Below, piece by piece: positions 30,425 to 40,438 of a DNA stretch of 64,000 nucleotides (position 1 is its first letter; every line of letters starts with the position of its first letter). The stretch is taken from NCBI GenBank assembly GCA_965226055.1, contig CBDDCA010000006.1, forward strand, positions 800,001 to 864,000, in the 5' to 3' direction. Position numbers and translations under genes: made by a program. Under the pieces are notes generated by a model, which saw nothing but the letters and a program-made list of their open reading frames with translations, was not told where the DNA came from and did not search any database. The stretch is from Spirochaetia bacterium (lineage in GTDB: Bacteria; Spirochaetota; Spirochaetia; WTKD01; G963693115).

Positions 30425-31741
30425 ATGGCAGATACGCGTATAAATAAAACATTATCGCACTCATCTCAAAGTGAAGAAATTAAAAATAGCACTACGCATT
30501 CAGATACAGCATTAAAAGGTACGCAACAAAGTACAAAAAAGAAGAGTACTTCATGGCTTGTTTCTTTTCGATCAGTAATAATTAACGCTCTCTTATTGCT
30601 TGTTCCTAGTGCAACTTTTATTCTTGTAAAAGTAAATACCATAGATAAAACTATGGAATGGTATCCTCTCAATATAGTAAGGTTTTTTATACTGTATGTT
30701 ATCATTTTGAGTATATTTACATTTAAGCCACATATTCGCCTTATTCATCATCCTGCTATTCAAAAGATGCTTCAGAAAACACAAGGAAATGTTGCTCGAT
30801 TGAGAAAAAACAAAGTACTTCTTGTGTTATTATTGTTTTTTATTATTGTATTTCCTTTTATTGTTTCTCGGTATCAGACAAAAGTGATCATCTATGCAAT
30901 TTCATACTTTATATTTGCACTTGGTATTAACTATACGGTAGGATATGCAGGTATACTCAACTTAGGGCATGTCCTCCCTTTTGCTGCAGGAGCATATACA
31001 TTTGCATTGGGAGTACAATATTTTCAGCTCAATTTTTACCCTGCATTAGTATTAGCGACAGTCATAGGTGCTCTGTGTGGTATGTGCGTTGCTTTGGTTA
31101 CGTTACGACTCAATGGAGATTATTTAGGGATTGTCACCTTAGCATTGGCAGAGATATTTCGGCTCATATTGGTAAACTGGGATTCTTTTACCAGTGGTAT
31201 GAGAGGCATATCGGGACTAACACCACCGAGCATTCCGGGAATACAGCTGAATTTTGTGCAAAAATATTATTTGCTCTATTATATATGCCTTATACTCTGT
31301 GTGATAGGATATGTAATAAGTGCACGTCTTGAACGTAGTCGCTTTGGGCGTTCGTGGCAAGCAGTACGTGAAGATGAAATAGCAGCAGTCTCTATGGGAA
31401 TAAATATAAGTTTTGTGCGTCTTATGGTATTTTCAATAGGAGGTGCATACGCAGGGTTAGCAGGAATGTTGTTATCAAGCAGCAGTACCTATGTCAGTCC
31501 TCATGTATCAACTATTTTATATTCCATAACTGTGCTAAGTATAGTAATACTAGGAGGCATGGGATCTCTTAACGGGATTATTTTAGGTACTGTGATTATT
31601 ATTATTGTGCCAGAATATTTACGTGAATTTCAAACGTATAGATTGCTTCTTTTTGGTGCAATCTTAGTGATTATGATGAGGTTTAAGCCACTGGGTTTAC
31701 TTCCTCAGAAAAGAGTAATATATAAAAAGAATAATAAGTAG
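30425..31741 (+). CDS. livM: BCAA ABC transporter permease
   Basis: GYAGILNLG, LRLNGDYLGIVTL, AVREDEIAA, VILGGMG. Confidence 0.92.
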   Translation: MADTRINKTLSHSSQSEEIKNSTTHSDTALKGTQQSTKKKSTSWLVSFRSVIINALLLLVPSATFILVKVNTIDKTMEWYPLNIVRFFILYVIILSIFTFKPHIRLIHHPAIQKMLQKTQGNVARLRKNKVLLVLLLFFIIVFPFIVSRYQTKVIIYAISYFIFALGINYTVGYAGILNLGHVLPFAAGAYTFALGVQYFQLNFYPALVLATVIGALCGMCVALVTLRLNGDYLGIVTLALAEIFRLILVNWDSFTSGMRGISGLTPPSIPGIQLNFVQKYYLLYYICLILCVIGYVISARLERSRFGRSWQAVREDEIAAVSMGINISFVRLMVFSIGGAYAGLAGMLLSSSSTYVSPHVSTILYSITVLSIVILGGMGSLNGIILGTVIIIIVPEYLREFQTYRLLLFGAILVIMMRFKPLGLLPQKRVIYKKNNK

Positions 31742-31750
31742 GGGATAGTA

Positions 31751-32527
31751 TTGTTATACGTAGAAAATGTAACTGTACAATTTGGTGGACTCGTTGCGGT
31801 AGACTCTGTATCGCTAGAAATTCAATCTCATGAAATTATTGGCCTTATAGGACCAAATGGTGCAGGAAAAACAACGTTGTTTAATTGTATCACTGGTATT
31901 TATACCCCTACGAAAGGGGCTATATTTTTTGATGCAAACAATAAAGGAAAAAAAGAAATATCATCACTGCCTACCCATGCAATAATTCGTACGGGCATTG
32001 CACGTACTTTCCAAAATGTGCGATTATTTCAACGTCTTACCGTATTAGAAAATGTTCTTGTTGGACTCCATTCTAAATTGCATGCAGGCTTTTGGGGGAC
32101 TATTGCAAATAGCCATAGAACACGAAAAGAAGAAAAAGAAAGTATTGAACGAGCTTTTTATCTCCTTGAGTATTTTAAGTTAGATTCGCTTGCTAATAAT
32201 GTTGCAGGAGATTTGCCATTTGGAAATCAAAAAGTATTAGAGATTGTACGTGCTATGGCAGTAAATCCTACCTTATTGTTATTAGATGAACCTGCCGCTG
32301 GGCTTAATACACAAGAGACACATGAGCTTATGGAACTTCTTATAAAAGTAAAGCGAGATTTTTATCCAACATTATTTCTTATCGAACATGATATGAAATT
32401 TGTAATGTCTCTTACTGATAGAATTTATGTTCTTGATTATGGAAAACTTATTGCTCAAGGAACTCCAAAAGAAATACAAAATAATCAAGATGTTATTACT
32501 GCTTATTTAGGAGAAACTATCGTATGA
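31751..32527 (+). CDS. livG: BCAA ABC transporter ATPase
   Basis: GPNGAGKTT, ARTFQN, LLDEPAAG, IEHDM, AYLG. Confidence 0.94.
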   Translation: MLYVENVTVQFGGLVAVDSVSLEIQSHEIIGLIGPNGAGKTTLFNCITGIYTPTKGAIFFDANNKGKKEISSLPTHAIIRTGIARTFQNVRLFQRLTVLENVLVGLHSKLHAGFWGTIANSHRTRKEEKESIERAFYLLEYFKLDSLANNVAGDLPFGNQKVLEIVRAMAVNPTLLLLDEPAAGLNTQETHELMELLIKVKRDFYPTLFLIEHDMKFVMSLTDRIYVLDYGKLIAQGTPKEIQNNQDVITAYLGETIV

Positions 32528-33246
32528 GTATGTTACAATTTAGTGATGTACATGTTCATTACGGAGCTATTGCTGCCGTTAATGGAATTTCTTTTACTGT
32601 GAACAAAGGAGAGCTTGTTACTATTATTGGAGCAAATGGTGCAGGAAAATCTTCAATAATGATGGCAATTACAGGAATTGTTCCTATTACAAGCGGTACT
32701 ATTACATTTTTAGAGAAAAACATTCATCAAAAAAGTACCCGTGAGATTATTACAGCAGGGATAGCCCTTGTTCCTGAACGAAGAAGAATTTTTCCTCGAC
32801 TTACTGTACAAGAAAATTTAGAGTTAGGGGCTATACTAAACAATAATGCAAAACAAGTGCAAGAGGATATGGATTATGTAATGTCTCTCTTTCCTATTTT
32901 GCGGGAACGAAGCACTCAGCTTGGCGGTACATTAAGTGGTGGTGAACAGCAAATGCTTGCTATAGCTCGAGCGTATATGCAACATCCAACATTACTATTA
33001 CTTGATGAACCTTCGTTAGGGCTTGCTCCTATTATTATTCAGAAGATATTTGCTACTCTTGAACAATTACGTACAGAACGTAATCTTACTATTTTATTAG
33101 TAGAACAAAATGTCAGTTTAGCATTACATCATTCTGATAGAGGGTATGTGCTTGAAACAGGAGAGGTGATATTAGAAGGAGATTCTCAGTATTTGTTAAA
33201 TCATTCCAGTATTAAAGAAGCATATCTTGGAGGACACATACACTAA
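32524..33246 (+). CDS. livF: BCAA ABC transporter ATPase
   Basis: GANGAGKS, LSGGEQQML, LDEPSLGLAP, VEQN. Confidence 0.94.
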   Translation: MSMLQFSDVHVHYGAIAAVNGISFTVNKGELVTIIGANGAGKSSIMMAITGIVPITSGTITFLEKNIHQKSTREIITAGIALVPERRRIFPRLTVQENLELGAILNNNAKQVQEDMDYVMSLFPILRERSTQLGGTLSGGEQQMLAIARAYMQHPTLLLLDEPSLGLAPIIIQKIFATLEQLRTERNLTILLVEQNVSLALHHSDRGYVLETGEVILEGDSQYLLNHSSIKEAYLGGHIH

Positions 33247-33318
33247 GTGTTACTTGGATACATGTAGCATGTGTTTCCTATATATACATAAGGGAGTATT
33301 ATATAGTATACTGCATGT

Positions 33319-34728
33319 ATGTCAAATAATTTACAACAGACTCAAAAACGAGTAACTCGTAGTGGTAGTATGGATCTAAGTAATGGAGATATCCTTTCAT
33401 CCATAAAAGTAATTGCGTTACCTGCAATGTTAGGACAATTTTTTAATTCAATGTATAATTGGATTGATACATTTTGGGGAGGAAAAATTTCTGCTGACGC
33501 ATTATCTGCATTTGCAGCATCATTTCCTGTTTTTTTACTTTCACTTGCCTTAGGACAGCTCTGTGCTGGTGGAGCTATGGTATTGATTTCTAATGCACTT
33601 GGAGAAAAACGTGAACAAGATTCTAAAGACTATCTCGCACAAGCGTCAGTACTAAGTCTTGTAATTGGGGTAGTAATAGTAGTAGTAATTCAAATAGTGC
33701 TTGAGCCTCTGTTAGCATTTCAAGGGGCAAGTGGGCAAGTGCTTACCTATGCTGTGCAGTATACAAGAATTTTATTGTATGGCTTTCCTTTTTTAATGCT
33801 CACTTTTACCCTTAACTCAGGACTTACAAGTCGCGGAAACACAAAATTTATGAGAAATATTTTTATCATGAATGTATGTATCAATATGCTTATGGATCCC
33901 TTATTGTTATATGGCCTCTCTTTTGGAGGAATACAAATTATTCCTGCTATGGGTATAGGAGGAATTGCGTTAGCGACAGTTATTGTACAAGTATTAGGGG
34001 CAGTAATACTATTGAAAAAATGTTTTCAAGATGATATGCTCCCTCGTTCTATTTCATGTTTTGCTCCTAGGATACAGTGTTATCGATCAATTATAGTGTA
34101 TGGGTTGCCATCATTTTTTCAATTATTACTAGTATCAGTAGGGCTTTCACTTATTACATTTTTTCTGTTTCAGTTAGGAGGAAACAGTGCTTCGGCTGCG
34201 TATGGAATAGGATTAAGGATAGAACAGATGGCTCTTATTCCTGCGTTTGGATTATCCATTGCCCTTTCTGCTTTGGTGGGACAAAATAATGGAGCAAAGA
34301 AATTTGATCGTATTTTAATAAGCTATCGAACGGTAATATATTTAGCGGTGTTATTACTTATTAGTCTTATGCTTCCTCTTACATTGTTTGGAAATGTTTT
34401 TGCTACCATTTTTACTTCAAATGTACAGGTTATTGCAACCACTGAGCTTTACTTATTTTTTGCATTAGCTGCGTTTATGGGATACCAAACATTGAATCTT
34501 TCACAAGGTGTTCTCACAGGCATGAAAAAGCCACATATAGCAATATTTATTATTATTATGAGACAGTTACTCCTGCCTTTTATTACTATTCCTCTTTTTG
34601 TGTATGTGTTTGATTTTGGTATCATAGGCTTATTTATTGCTGTGGTGTTGAATGTGTGGATATGCGCTTTCTTAATGTCCTTTTTTGCATTACGAACTAT
34701 TGCAAAACGTCAAGCTGAGGTGTTATAG
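33319..34728 (+). CDS. MATE-family efflux transporter
   Basis: About 12 TM segments, YNWIDTFW, NMLMDPLL, GIGGIALAT, GQNNGA. Confidence 0.9.
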   Translation: MSNNLQQTQKRVTRSGSMDLSNGDILSSIKVIALPAMLGQFFNSMYNWIDTFWGGKISADALSAFAASFPVFLLSLALGQLCAGGAMVLISNALGEKREQDSKDYLAQASVLSLVIGVVIVVVIQIVLEPLLAFQGASGQVLTYAVQYTRILLYGFPFLMLTFTLNSGLTSRGNTKFMRNIFIMNVCINMLMDPLLLYGLSFGGIQIIPAMGIGGIALATVIVQVLGAVILLKKCFQDDMLPRSISCFAPRIQCYRSIIVYGLPSFFQLLLVSVGLSLITFFLFQLGGNSASAAYGIGLRIEQMALIPAFGLSIALSALVGQNNGAKKFDRILISYRTVIYLAVLLLISLMLPLTLFGNVFATIFTSNVQVIATTELYLFFALAAFMGYQTLNLSQGVLTGMKKPHIAIFIIIMRQLLLPFITIPLFVYVFDFGIIGLFIAVVLNVWICAFLMSFFALRTIAKRQAEVL

Positions 34729-34885
34729 GCTTTTACAGAAAAATACTAATAATGCTACTATATAAATAGAGTAGTAATTATATAATCTGTATAGACCATA
34801 TGGGGACGGTATAGAGAAAAATAGTATTACTCAATAATAAAAAATAACATATGAGGAAATAATAAAAATAGATTGGAGGATTGAT

Positions 34886-35494
34886 ATGGCAAGAATTTTG
34901 CAAGCAAAAGGAAAAATAGTAAGAAGATTTGGAATAAACATATTTGGAAACCAAAAATATGATAAGTTATTAAAACGAAAACCAAATCCTCCCGGTGAAA
35001 TACGACAAAGAAGACCACGACAAACTGAGTTTGGTCGGCAATTATTAGAAAAGCAGAAACTTAAGTTTTGTTATGGGGTGAGTGAACGGCAATTACGAAA
35101 TATTTTTGCTCGTGCAAAGGTAATGGATGGAGTAACAGGGCGTAATATGCTTATTTTACTTGAATGTCGTTTAGATAATGTTGTGTACAAATTAGGGTTT
35201 GCGTCTAGTAGAAATCAAGCACGGCAGTTGGTATCTCATGGGCATATACTCCATAATGGAAGACGGGTAACTATCCCTTCGATTCGTGTACGTCTTGGTG
35301 ATACTATACAAGTTATTGACAAGCAAGCCTCTGTAAACTTAGTGAGAAGATTGCTTGCTGATAATAGTGCTAGGGCTGTTCCCGAATGGCTTGAACGTGA
35401 AGATTTGTCTGCAAAAATTACTATGTATCCAACTCGTGAAATGATAACTACTGTAGCTGAAGAGCAACAAATTGTGGAATTTTTCTCAAAATAA
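34886..35494 (+). CDS. rpsD: 30S ribosomal protein S4
   Basis: QLLEKQK, LECRLDNVVY, ARQLVSHGH, IVEFFS. Confidence 0.97.
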   Translation: MARILQAKGKIVRRFGINIFGNQKYDKLLKRKPNPPGEIRQRRPRQTEFGRQLLEKQKLKFCYGVSERQLRNIFARAKVMDGVTGRNMLILLECRLDNVVYKLGFASSRNQARQLVSHGHILHNGRRVTIPSIRVRLGDTIQVIDKQASVNLVRRLLADNSARAVPEWLEREDLSAKITMYPTREMITTVAEEQQIVEFFSK

Positions 35495-37412
35495 AGCACG
35501 TTTTTTTACTGTATATATTTCTCTCATCTGTGTTCTTTTACAGGTATCTGTGTATTCTGTGCTGTTTATGTCATGTACAGAATCACAGGATGCTCAGCAA
35601 GTAAATAATGCAAGCACCACAACAGTAAGGGAGAAAGTTCAGCGTTTTGATGATTCTCTATTGTATACATATCCGCAGAGCAAAGAGTTACGTATTGCTA
35701 CAGAGCAACGATATGAGACCTTAGATCCTCATAGTACAAAAAGCCATGATGTGTTGCAAGTGATACATGCATTGTATACAGGATTGACTACGCTTGATCC
35801 AATTACAAGTACAGCTCGATCTGCTTTAGCGAAACATTGGGAATCTTCTTTGCAAGAGGAAGGGTATACCTATATTTTTAGTATGCGTAATGCAACATGG
35901 ACAGATGGCACAAAAGTTACTGCACAACAAGTACAGCAAAGTCTTTTACGTGCAATGTCTCCTCAGCGAAATACTGAATTTTCTTTTGTGTTAGCTCATA
36001 GTATTAAAGGTGCTCAGAATTTTTTTACACTACAAGAGAATGCAAGTGACGAAGCAATAGTACGCTATTCACAAGAGGTAGCAATACAAGTAATTGATAC
36101 TGCTACTGTTTCCATTACCACTCAGACGATAGATATTCCTTTGTTACAATTGTTAGCTCATCCGCAAGCAGCGATACTTCCTATTGAAGATTTTCGTGAT
36201 GAGTATAATGGGCATAATTTTAGTGTAGATCCAGATACATGGGTTGGATTAGGATCATATGTTCCTGTACAGATGACAGAAGATACGCTTACTTTACAAG
36301 AGAATACGCAATTTTGGGTACAACCATGGAGTAAATCGGTAGTTGTTACAATGGGACTTAGTAAAGACATGCAAATGGAACGCTTTACTAATAAAGAAAA
36401 AAATATTCATATTGATTGGGTAAAAAATTTCCCACGTATTCCTATTACTTCCGTTAATCAAGATGATAAAAATATACATAACCAGCGTTTCTCGCATCTT
36501 ATGTTTTTAGATATTCCAAACACATCTCTATTACATACAAAATTTTCTCGACAAGATCTTGGGGTAGCATCAAACATACGCTTGAATTTTACTTTGAATA
36601 CATTGAATGATACCTATGCTGATAGAGCTGTGGCTGAAATGTTGTATGTGTTGAGAAATGCTATTGCTGTCTATGATGCTTTTGCAACAACAGAAATAGC
36701 TATGCCTGTATACATAGCAAATAGTGTATTCAAGCCCTATTATATTAGTACGAGTAGTTTCAGTACCCTTTCTTTTATTACACAGTTACCGAATACATTG
36801 CAAGAATATATGTCTCAAACAGTGTCTTACGATACTGTTATTGAAAGTGAATATATTGATTTGTTGCAATTTCAAAAAAATAGAAGTTATGTTCAATTAC
36901 TTCGAAGATATGTAGAACGAAATGATGAGAAAATAGAGTTTGATGCTGTTACTATTGCATATGATTCTATTGTTCTTAAAGATGTAGCGGAATATGTTGC
37001 ACGAGAATACTTTGAAGCAAATGCCATTCCTGTAGAGCTGAAACAAATAGGAGCTTTAGGAGAAAATGATAGTAGTGAAGAATCGTATGATGTAGCATTG
37101 AGATTATTTAGTCCTGTAGTAGATGATCATTATGCCATGTTGTTAGCCTTAGAATATCATATGTTCAAGAATAACACAAATGCTCTTTTTTCCTTATCGA
37201 ACACATTCTTTTCTGTACAAGATACTATTGATCAGCTTATAAATGGACAGTATTCTGCATTTTATACACAGATAAAAAATTATTTGTATGTATTACAAGA
37301 GCAAAAAAGAGTTGTTCCTGTTTTTTTCTATACTCAGCAACATTATATTGACACAAAAAAATTTCGTTGGTGGACAGTCCCAACTCGTTTATGGCATTCT
37401 CTTTATCCATAG
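35472..37412 (+). CDS. Divergent OppA-like (family 5) solute-binding lipoprotein; start uncertain
   Basis: FMSC lipobox, TLDP, LYTGL, WTDGTKVTA family-5 motifs in the N-terminal half; C-terminal half poorly recognisable. Confidence 0.65.
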   Translation: MWNFSQNKARFFTVYISLICVLLQVSVYSVLFMSCTESQDAQQVNNASTTTVREKVQRFDDSLLYTYPQSKELRIATEQRYETLDPHSTKSHDVLQVIHALYTGLTTLDPITSTARSALAKHWESSLQEEGYTYIFSMRNATWTDGTKVTAQQVQQSLLRAMSPQRNTEFSFVLAHSIKGAQNFFTLQENASDEAIVRYSQEVAIQVIDTATVSITTQTIDIPLLQLLAHPQAAILPIEDFRDEYNGHNFSVDPDTWVGLGSYVPVQMTEDTLTLQENTQFWVQPWSKSVVVTMGLSKDMQMERFTNKEKNIHIDWVKNFPRIPITSVNQDDKNIHNQRFSHLMFLDIPNTSLLHTKFSRQDLGVASNIRLNFTLNTLNDTYADRAVAEMLYVLRNAIAVYDAFATTEIAMPVYIANSVFKPYYISTSSFSTLSFITQLPNTLQEYMSQTVSYDTVIESEYIDLLQFQKNRSYVQLLRRYVERNDEKIEFDAVTIAYDSIVLKDVAEYVAREYFEANAIPVELKQIGALGENDSSEESYDVALRLFSPVVDDHYAMLLALEYHMFKNNTNALFSLSNTFFSVQDTIDQLINGQYSAFYTQIKNYLYVLQEQKRVVPVFFYTQQHYIDTKKFRWWTVPTRLWHSLYP

Positions 37413-37429
37413 AATATGGCGCATGTATT

Positions 37430-37732
37430 TTATCGTCCATTAATGCTGAATATTTTGAAAATAATATTTCGGCTTATATAAGAAAAAACAATAGAAGGCA
37501 ATAAGAGAACAACAAGAAGTAACAGTATTTGCAGTATAGTGCTAGGGATAAAACTTGAAAATAAGGTATGAGCAAGAGGAAAGACAAAAAATTCTGTGGT
37601 AAAAACATCAAGCGGGCTACTATACCCCAAGAATATGTGACATAAAAAGTAACAAAATGCAAAGAATAAAATAACAGCATTTAATAAGAGAATGGATCTT
37701 ACTTGTTTATTGTTGAATTTCATAGTTGACAT
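37430..37732 (-). CDS. Small hypothetical membrane protein
   Basis: 100 aa, 2-3 hydrophobic segments; TGCTATGCT extended -10-like box 6 nt before the ATG. Confidence 0.5.
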   Translation of the reverse strand: MSTMKFNNKQVRSILLLNAVILFFAFCYFLCHIFLGYSSPLDVFTTEFFVFPLAHTLFSSFIPSTILQILLLLVVLLLPSIVFSYISRNIIFKIFSINGR

Positions 37733-37767
37733 GTAATTAGCATAGCATATTTATATTTCTCTGTGTG

Positions 37768-37826
37768 TTTTTATTTTTTTTCTTACTTTTTTTGCTCCTT
37801 TGTCGCATTTAATCCTTGAACTCGTG
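37768..37826 (-). mobile_element. Solo left end of the IS30-family element
   Basis: 37801-37826 is the exact reverse complement of the TIR at 42563-42588; adjacent T-rich sequence also resembles the element's internal left flank. Confidence 0.85.
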
Positions 37827-37844
37827 GGATCCCACAGATGCCAC

Positions 37845-37873
37845 TTGTGTAATTTAAGAGAGCAGTATATACT
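37845..37873 (+). promoter_or_regulatory. Sigma70-type promoter of the tRNA pair
   Basis: TTGTGT-N17-TATACT, 11 nt before tRNA-Ser. Confidence 0.6.
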
Positions 37874-37884
37874 AAAAGTATATA

Positions 37885-37973
37885 GGAGAAGTGCGAGAGT
37901 GGTTGAATCGGGCTTCCTGCTAAGAAGTTGTACCCTTACCGGGGTACCGTGGGTTCGAATCCCACCTTCTCCG
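37885..37973 (+). tRNA. tRNA-Ser(GCT)
   Basis: GGAGAAG/CTTCTCC acceptor stem, CTTC-CTGCTAA-GAAG anticodon arm, long variable arm, GGTTCGAATCC; CCA not encoded. Confidence 0.95.
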
Positions 37974-37975
37974 TT

Positions 37976-38049
37976 GTACCCATAGCTTAGCTGGATAGAG
38001 CGTCAGATTGCGGATCTGAAGGTCGGAGGTTCAAGTCCTCTTGGGTACG
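37976..38049 (+). tRNA. tRNA-Arg(GCG)
   Basis: GTACCCA/TGGGTAC acceptor stem, TCAGA-TTGCGGA-TCTGA anticodon arm, GGTTCAAGTCC; CCA not encoded. Confidence 0.95.
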
Positions 38050-38126
38050 CTATCTTGTGCTGTTTTTTATACGCTTGATTGCACGAATGAGGGGAAATTT
38101 TTGTTACGCAGAATATACGAGAGAAA

Positions 38127-38813
38127 ATGAATGTTGCTATTATCCCTGCTCGAAAAGGATCGAAATCCTTAAAAGATAAAAATATTCTTCTGTTAGGAGG
38201 AAAACCTCTCATAGTGCATACCATACATGCAGCACTAGAAAGTGCGTTATTTGAAAAAGTTATTGTTTCAACTGATTCACAGGAGTATGCAAACATTGCC
38301 ATAGAACATGGTGCTATCGTTCCTTATTTGCGTTCTGTAGAGCTATCTCAAGATACTGTCCCTACATCAAAGGTGAGTGCTGAAATATTGCAATATCTTT
38401 TTCATAATGATGAACATTATACATATTTTTCTGTGCTACAAGTAAGTTCTCCACTTCGTAATGCAAAAGATATTATTGATTCGTATAATTTGCTAGTAAA
38501 TAAAAAAGCTGATACTGTTATAAGTGTATGTGAATCTTCGTATCCTAAACCCTGGGTACAGGAGCTTCCTAGTGATTATAGTATGAGAGGTTTTATTCCA
38601 CAAGAGTATTATAACATGCCAAGACAATCACTTCCACGTTATTATAAGATACATGGTGCTATTTTCTGGTGCAGAGTAGATACATATCATGAGCAGTATA
38701 ATCCTTTTGACCAAAATAGCTATGCGTATGTTATGCCTCAAAGTCGCTCAGTTGATATAGATAGTGACATAGATTTTGAGCTAGCAAAAGTGTTATATGA
38801 ACAACAACGATAA
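38127..38813 (+). CDS. Acylneuraminate (nonulosonate) cytidylyltransferase, NeuA/PseF/LegF family
   Basis: AIIPARKGSK...KN, VSTDS, SPLR, SVDID..DF. Confidence 0.9.
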   Translation: MNVAIIPARKGSKSLKDKNILLLGGKPLIVHTIHAALESALFEKVIVSTDSQEYANIAIEHGAIVPYLRSVELSQDTVPTSKVSAEILQYLFHNDEHYTYFSVLQVSSPLRNAKDIIDSYNLLVNKKADTVISVCESSYPKPWVQELPSDYSMRGFIPQEYYNMPRQSLPRYYKIHGAIFWCRVDTYHEQYNPFDQNSYAYVMPQSRSVDIDSDIDFELAKVLYEQQR

Positions 38814-38855
38814 TTATATATTACAGTAAGAGTAAAATATACTATACTAGTTACT

Positions 38856-39230
38856 ATGAGTGATGATAATCTTAATACAGTACCAAAAGCAGTAGGCCCT
38901 TATAGAAGTGCTATTCTTTGTGGTAATATATTATTTTGTTCAGGACAGATTCCCTTAGATCCTCAAACAGGTGATATAGTTGGAAATAATACAGCAGAAC
39001 AGTGCGAGCAGGTGATAAAAAATATTATTGCTTTACTACGAAGTTATAATTTGACATTACAAGATGTACGAAAGACAGTGTGTTTTCTGAAAGATATGAA
39101 TGATTTCGCTGTATTTAATGAGGTGTATGCACGGTATTTTACTGACCCTTATCCTGCGAGGAGCTGTGTTGAGGTAGCGCGGTTACCAAAAGATGTACTG
39201 GTAGAAATAGAAATTATTGCTGAAAAATAA
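38856..39230 (+). CDS. ridA: RidA/YjgF enamine deaminase
   Basis: AVGPY, SGQIP, FNEVY, PARSCVEV, VEIE. Confidence 0.92.
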   Translation: MSDDNLNTVPKAVGPYRSAILCGNILFCSGQIPLDPQTGDIVGNNTAEQCEQVIKNIIALLRSYNLTLQDVRKTVCFLKDMNDFAVFNEVYARYFTDPYPARSCVEVARLPKDVLVEIEIIAEK

Positions 39231-39262
39231 ATACTATAGCAATAGAATACACTATTCTCACT

Positions 39263-40429
39263 ATGAAGAATAATGCTACCGTGTCTAAACTCGCTCCTAT
39301 TGTTATGGAGCTGGCAGGTGGGGTAGGAAATCAGCTATTTCAGTATAATTTCGGTGTTTTATTATCTCAGTTAAGCGGACGTAGTCTTGTCCTTGATGTT
39401 ACAAGTGTCTACCGTGATGTGCAACGATGTCCAGATATTATGCACTTAATTCCTCCTTTCGTTGATACGACAGGGAGGAGTGTACAGTATATTACAAAGC
39501 GTAAACAGTTATTTGCACTATTACAGTCAAGGGTACTTTGTTCATTAAATAGGTTTGAACGAATTATCAATAAGATATATCCCTATCGTGAAGCGAAAGA
39601 TTGTGGTACATATCAATTTTTTGATGAAAAGAGTTCCTCGTATCAGGATAGTATGTATTTTCATGATAGTAATATACAGCCTTGTTTAACGGAAAAACAG
39701 CTGTTATTATTGAACGATATTGTACACAAAGATACTGCCATACCATTGTTTGTAAGAGGATATTGGCAAGATATGCGGTTATATCGTGCAGTAAAAGAGA
39801 GGGATGTTTTTTGTGTGTTGAATACTCAGCAAAATGAGATGGTAGTACATGCAGAAAAAGAGTTGCAACAAAAGTATGCAGTAGATTTTTCTCATGCAAC
39901 GATAATACATGTAAGACGAACTGATTTTTTATTGACGCAATATCCTCAGTGTTCCCTTGATTACTATAGAAAAGCAGTACAAGTTGTATTAGCAAAGGAT
40001 CCTAAGGCTACATTTCTTGTTTTTACTGATGATGCAAAGTGGTGTGCTACTCATTTTGATATAGGGGTTTCCTTTGTTTTGGTTACAGGCAAAACTGATA
40101 TACATCAAAAGTATATTTCTCTACTGGAAGGAGTAACAGTATATACGAATAGTTTTTCAGCAGTAGATGAAATGATATTGATGAATAGCGGTACTCATTA
40201 TATCCATAGTAATAGTAGTTTTGCTTGGTGGGGAGCGAGATTAACACCCAAGAGACTCTCTGTGAAGGCAACTACACATAAAGGACAGAAAAAGAGTATT
40301 ATTGTTGCTCCTTTTCCATGGTTTGAAAAAAGTGCTATATCTGCCGCATTGTACGATACTCAATGGGATATTCTCAATAATAGGAAAGGAGACTCAGTTT
40401 CATTACAGCAGTATACACAAACTGAATAA
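39263..40429 (+). CDS. GT11 alpha-1,2-fucosyltransferase-like protein
   Basis: GGVGNQLFQY, GYWQ, HVRRTDF, VFTDD, NSSFAWWGA. Confidence 0.88.
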   Translation: MKNNATVSKLAPIVMELAGGVGNQLFQYNFGVLLSQLSGRSLVLDVTSVYRDVQRCPDIMHLIPPFVDTTGRSVQYITKRKQLFALLQSRVLCSLNRFERIINKIYPYREAKDCGTYQFFDEKSSSYQDSMYFHDSNIQPCLTEKQLLLLNDIVHKDTAIPLFVRGYWQDMRLYRAVKERDVFCVLNTQQNEMVVHAEKELQQKYAVDFSHATIIHVRRTDFLLTQYPQCSLDYYRKAVQVVLAKDPKATFLVFTDDAKWCATHFDIGVSFVLVTGKTDIHQKYISLLEGVTVYTNSFSAVDEMILMNSGTHYIHSNSSFAWWGARLTPKRLSVKATTHKGQKKSIIVAPFPWFEKSAISAALYDTQWDILNNRKGDSVSLQQYTQTE

Positions 40430-40438
40430 GCATTGTAT

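Noticed and set aside
37800-38302. ORFs 37800-37985 (+) and 38003-38302 (-)
   Set aside because: They overlap the tRNA genes, the IS end and the cytidylyltransferase gene; shadow ORFs
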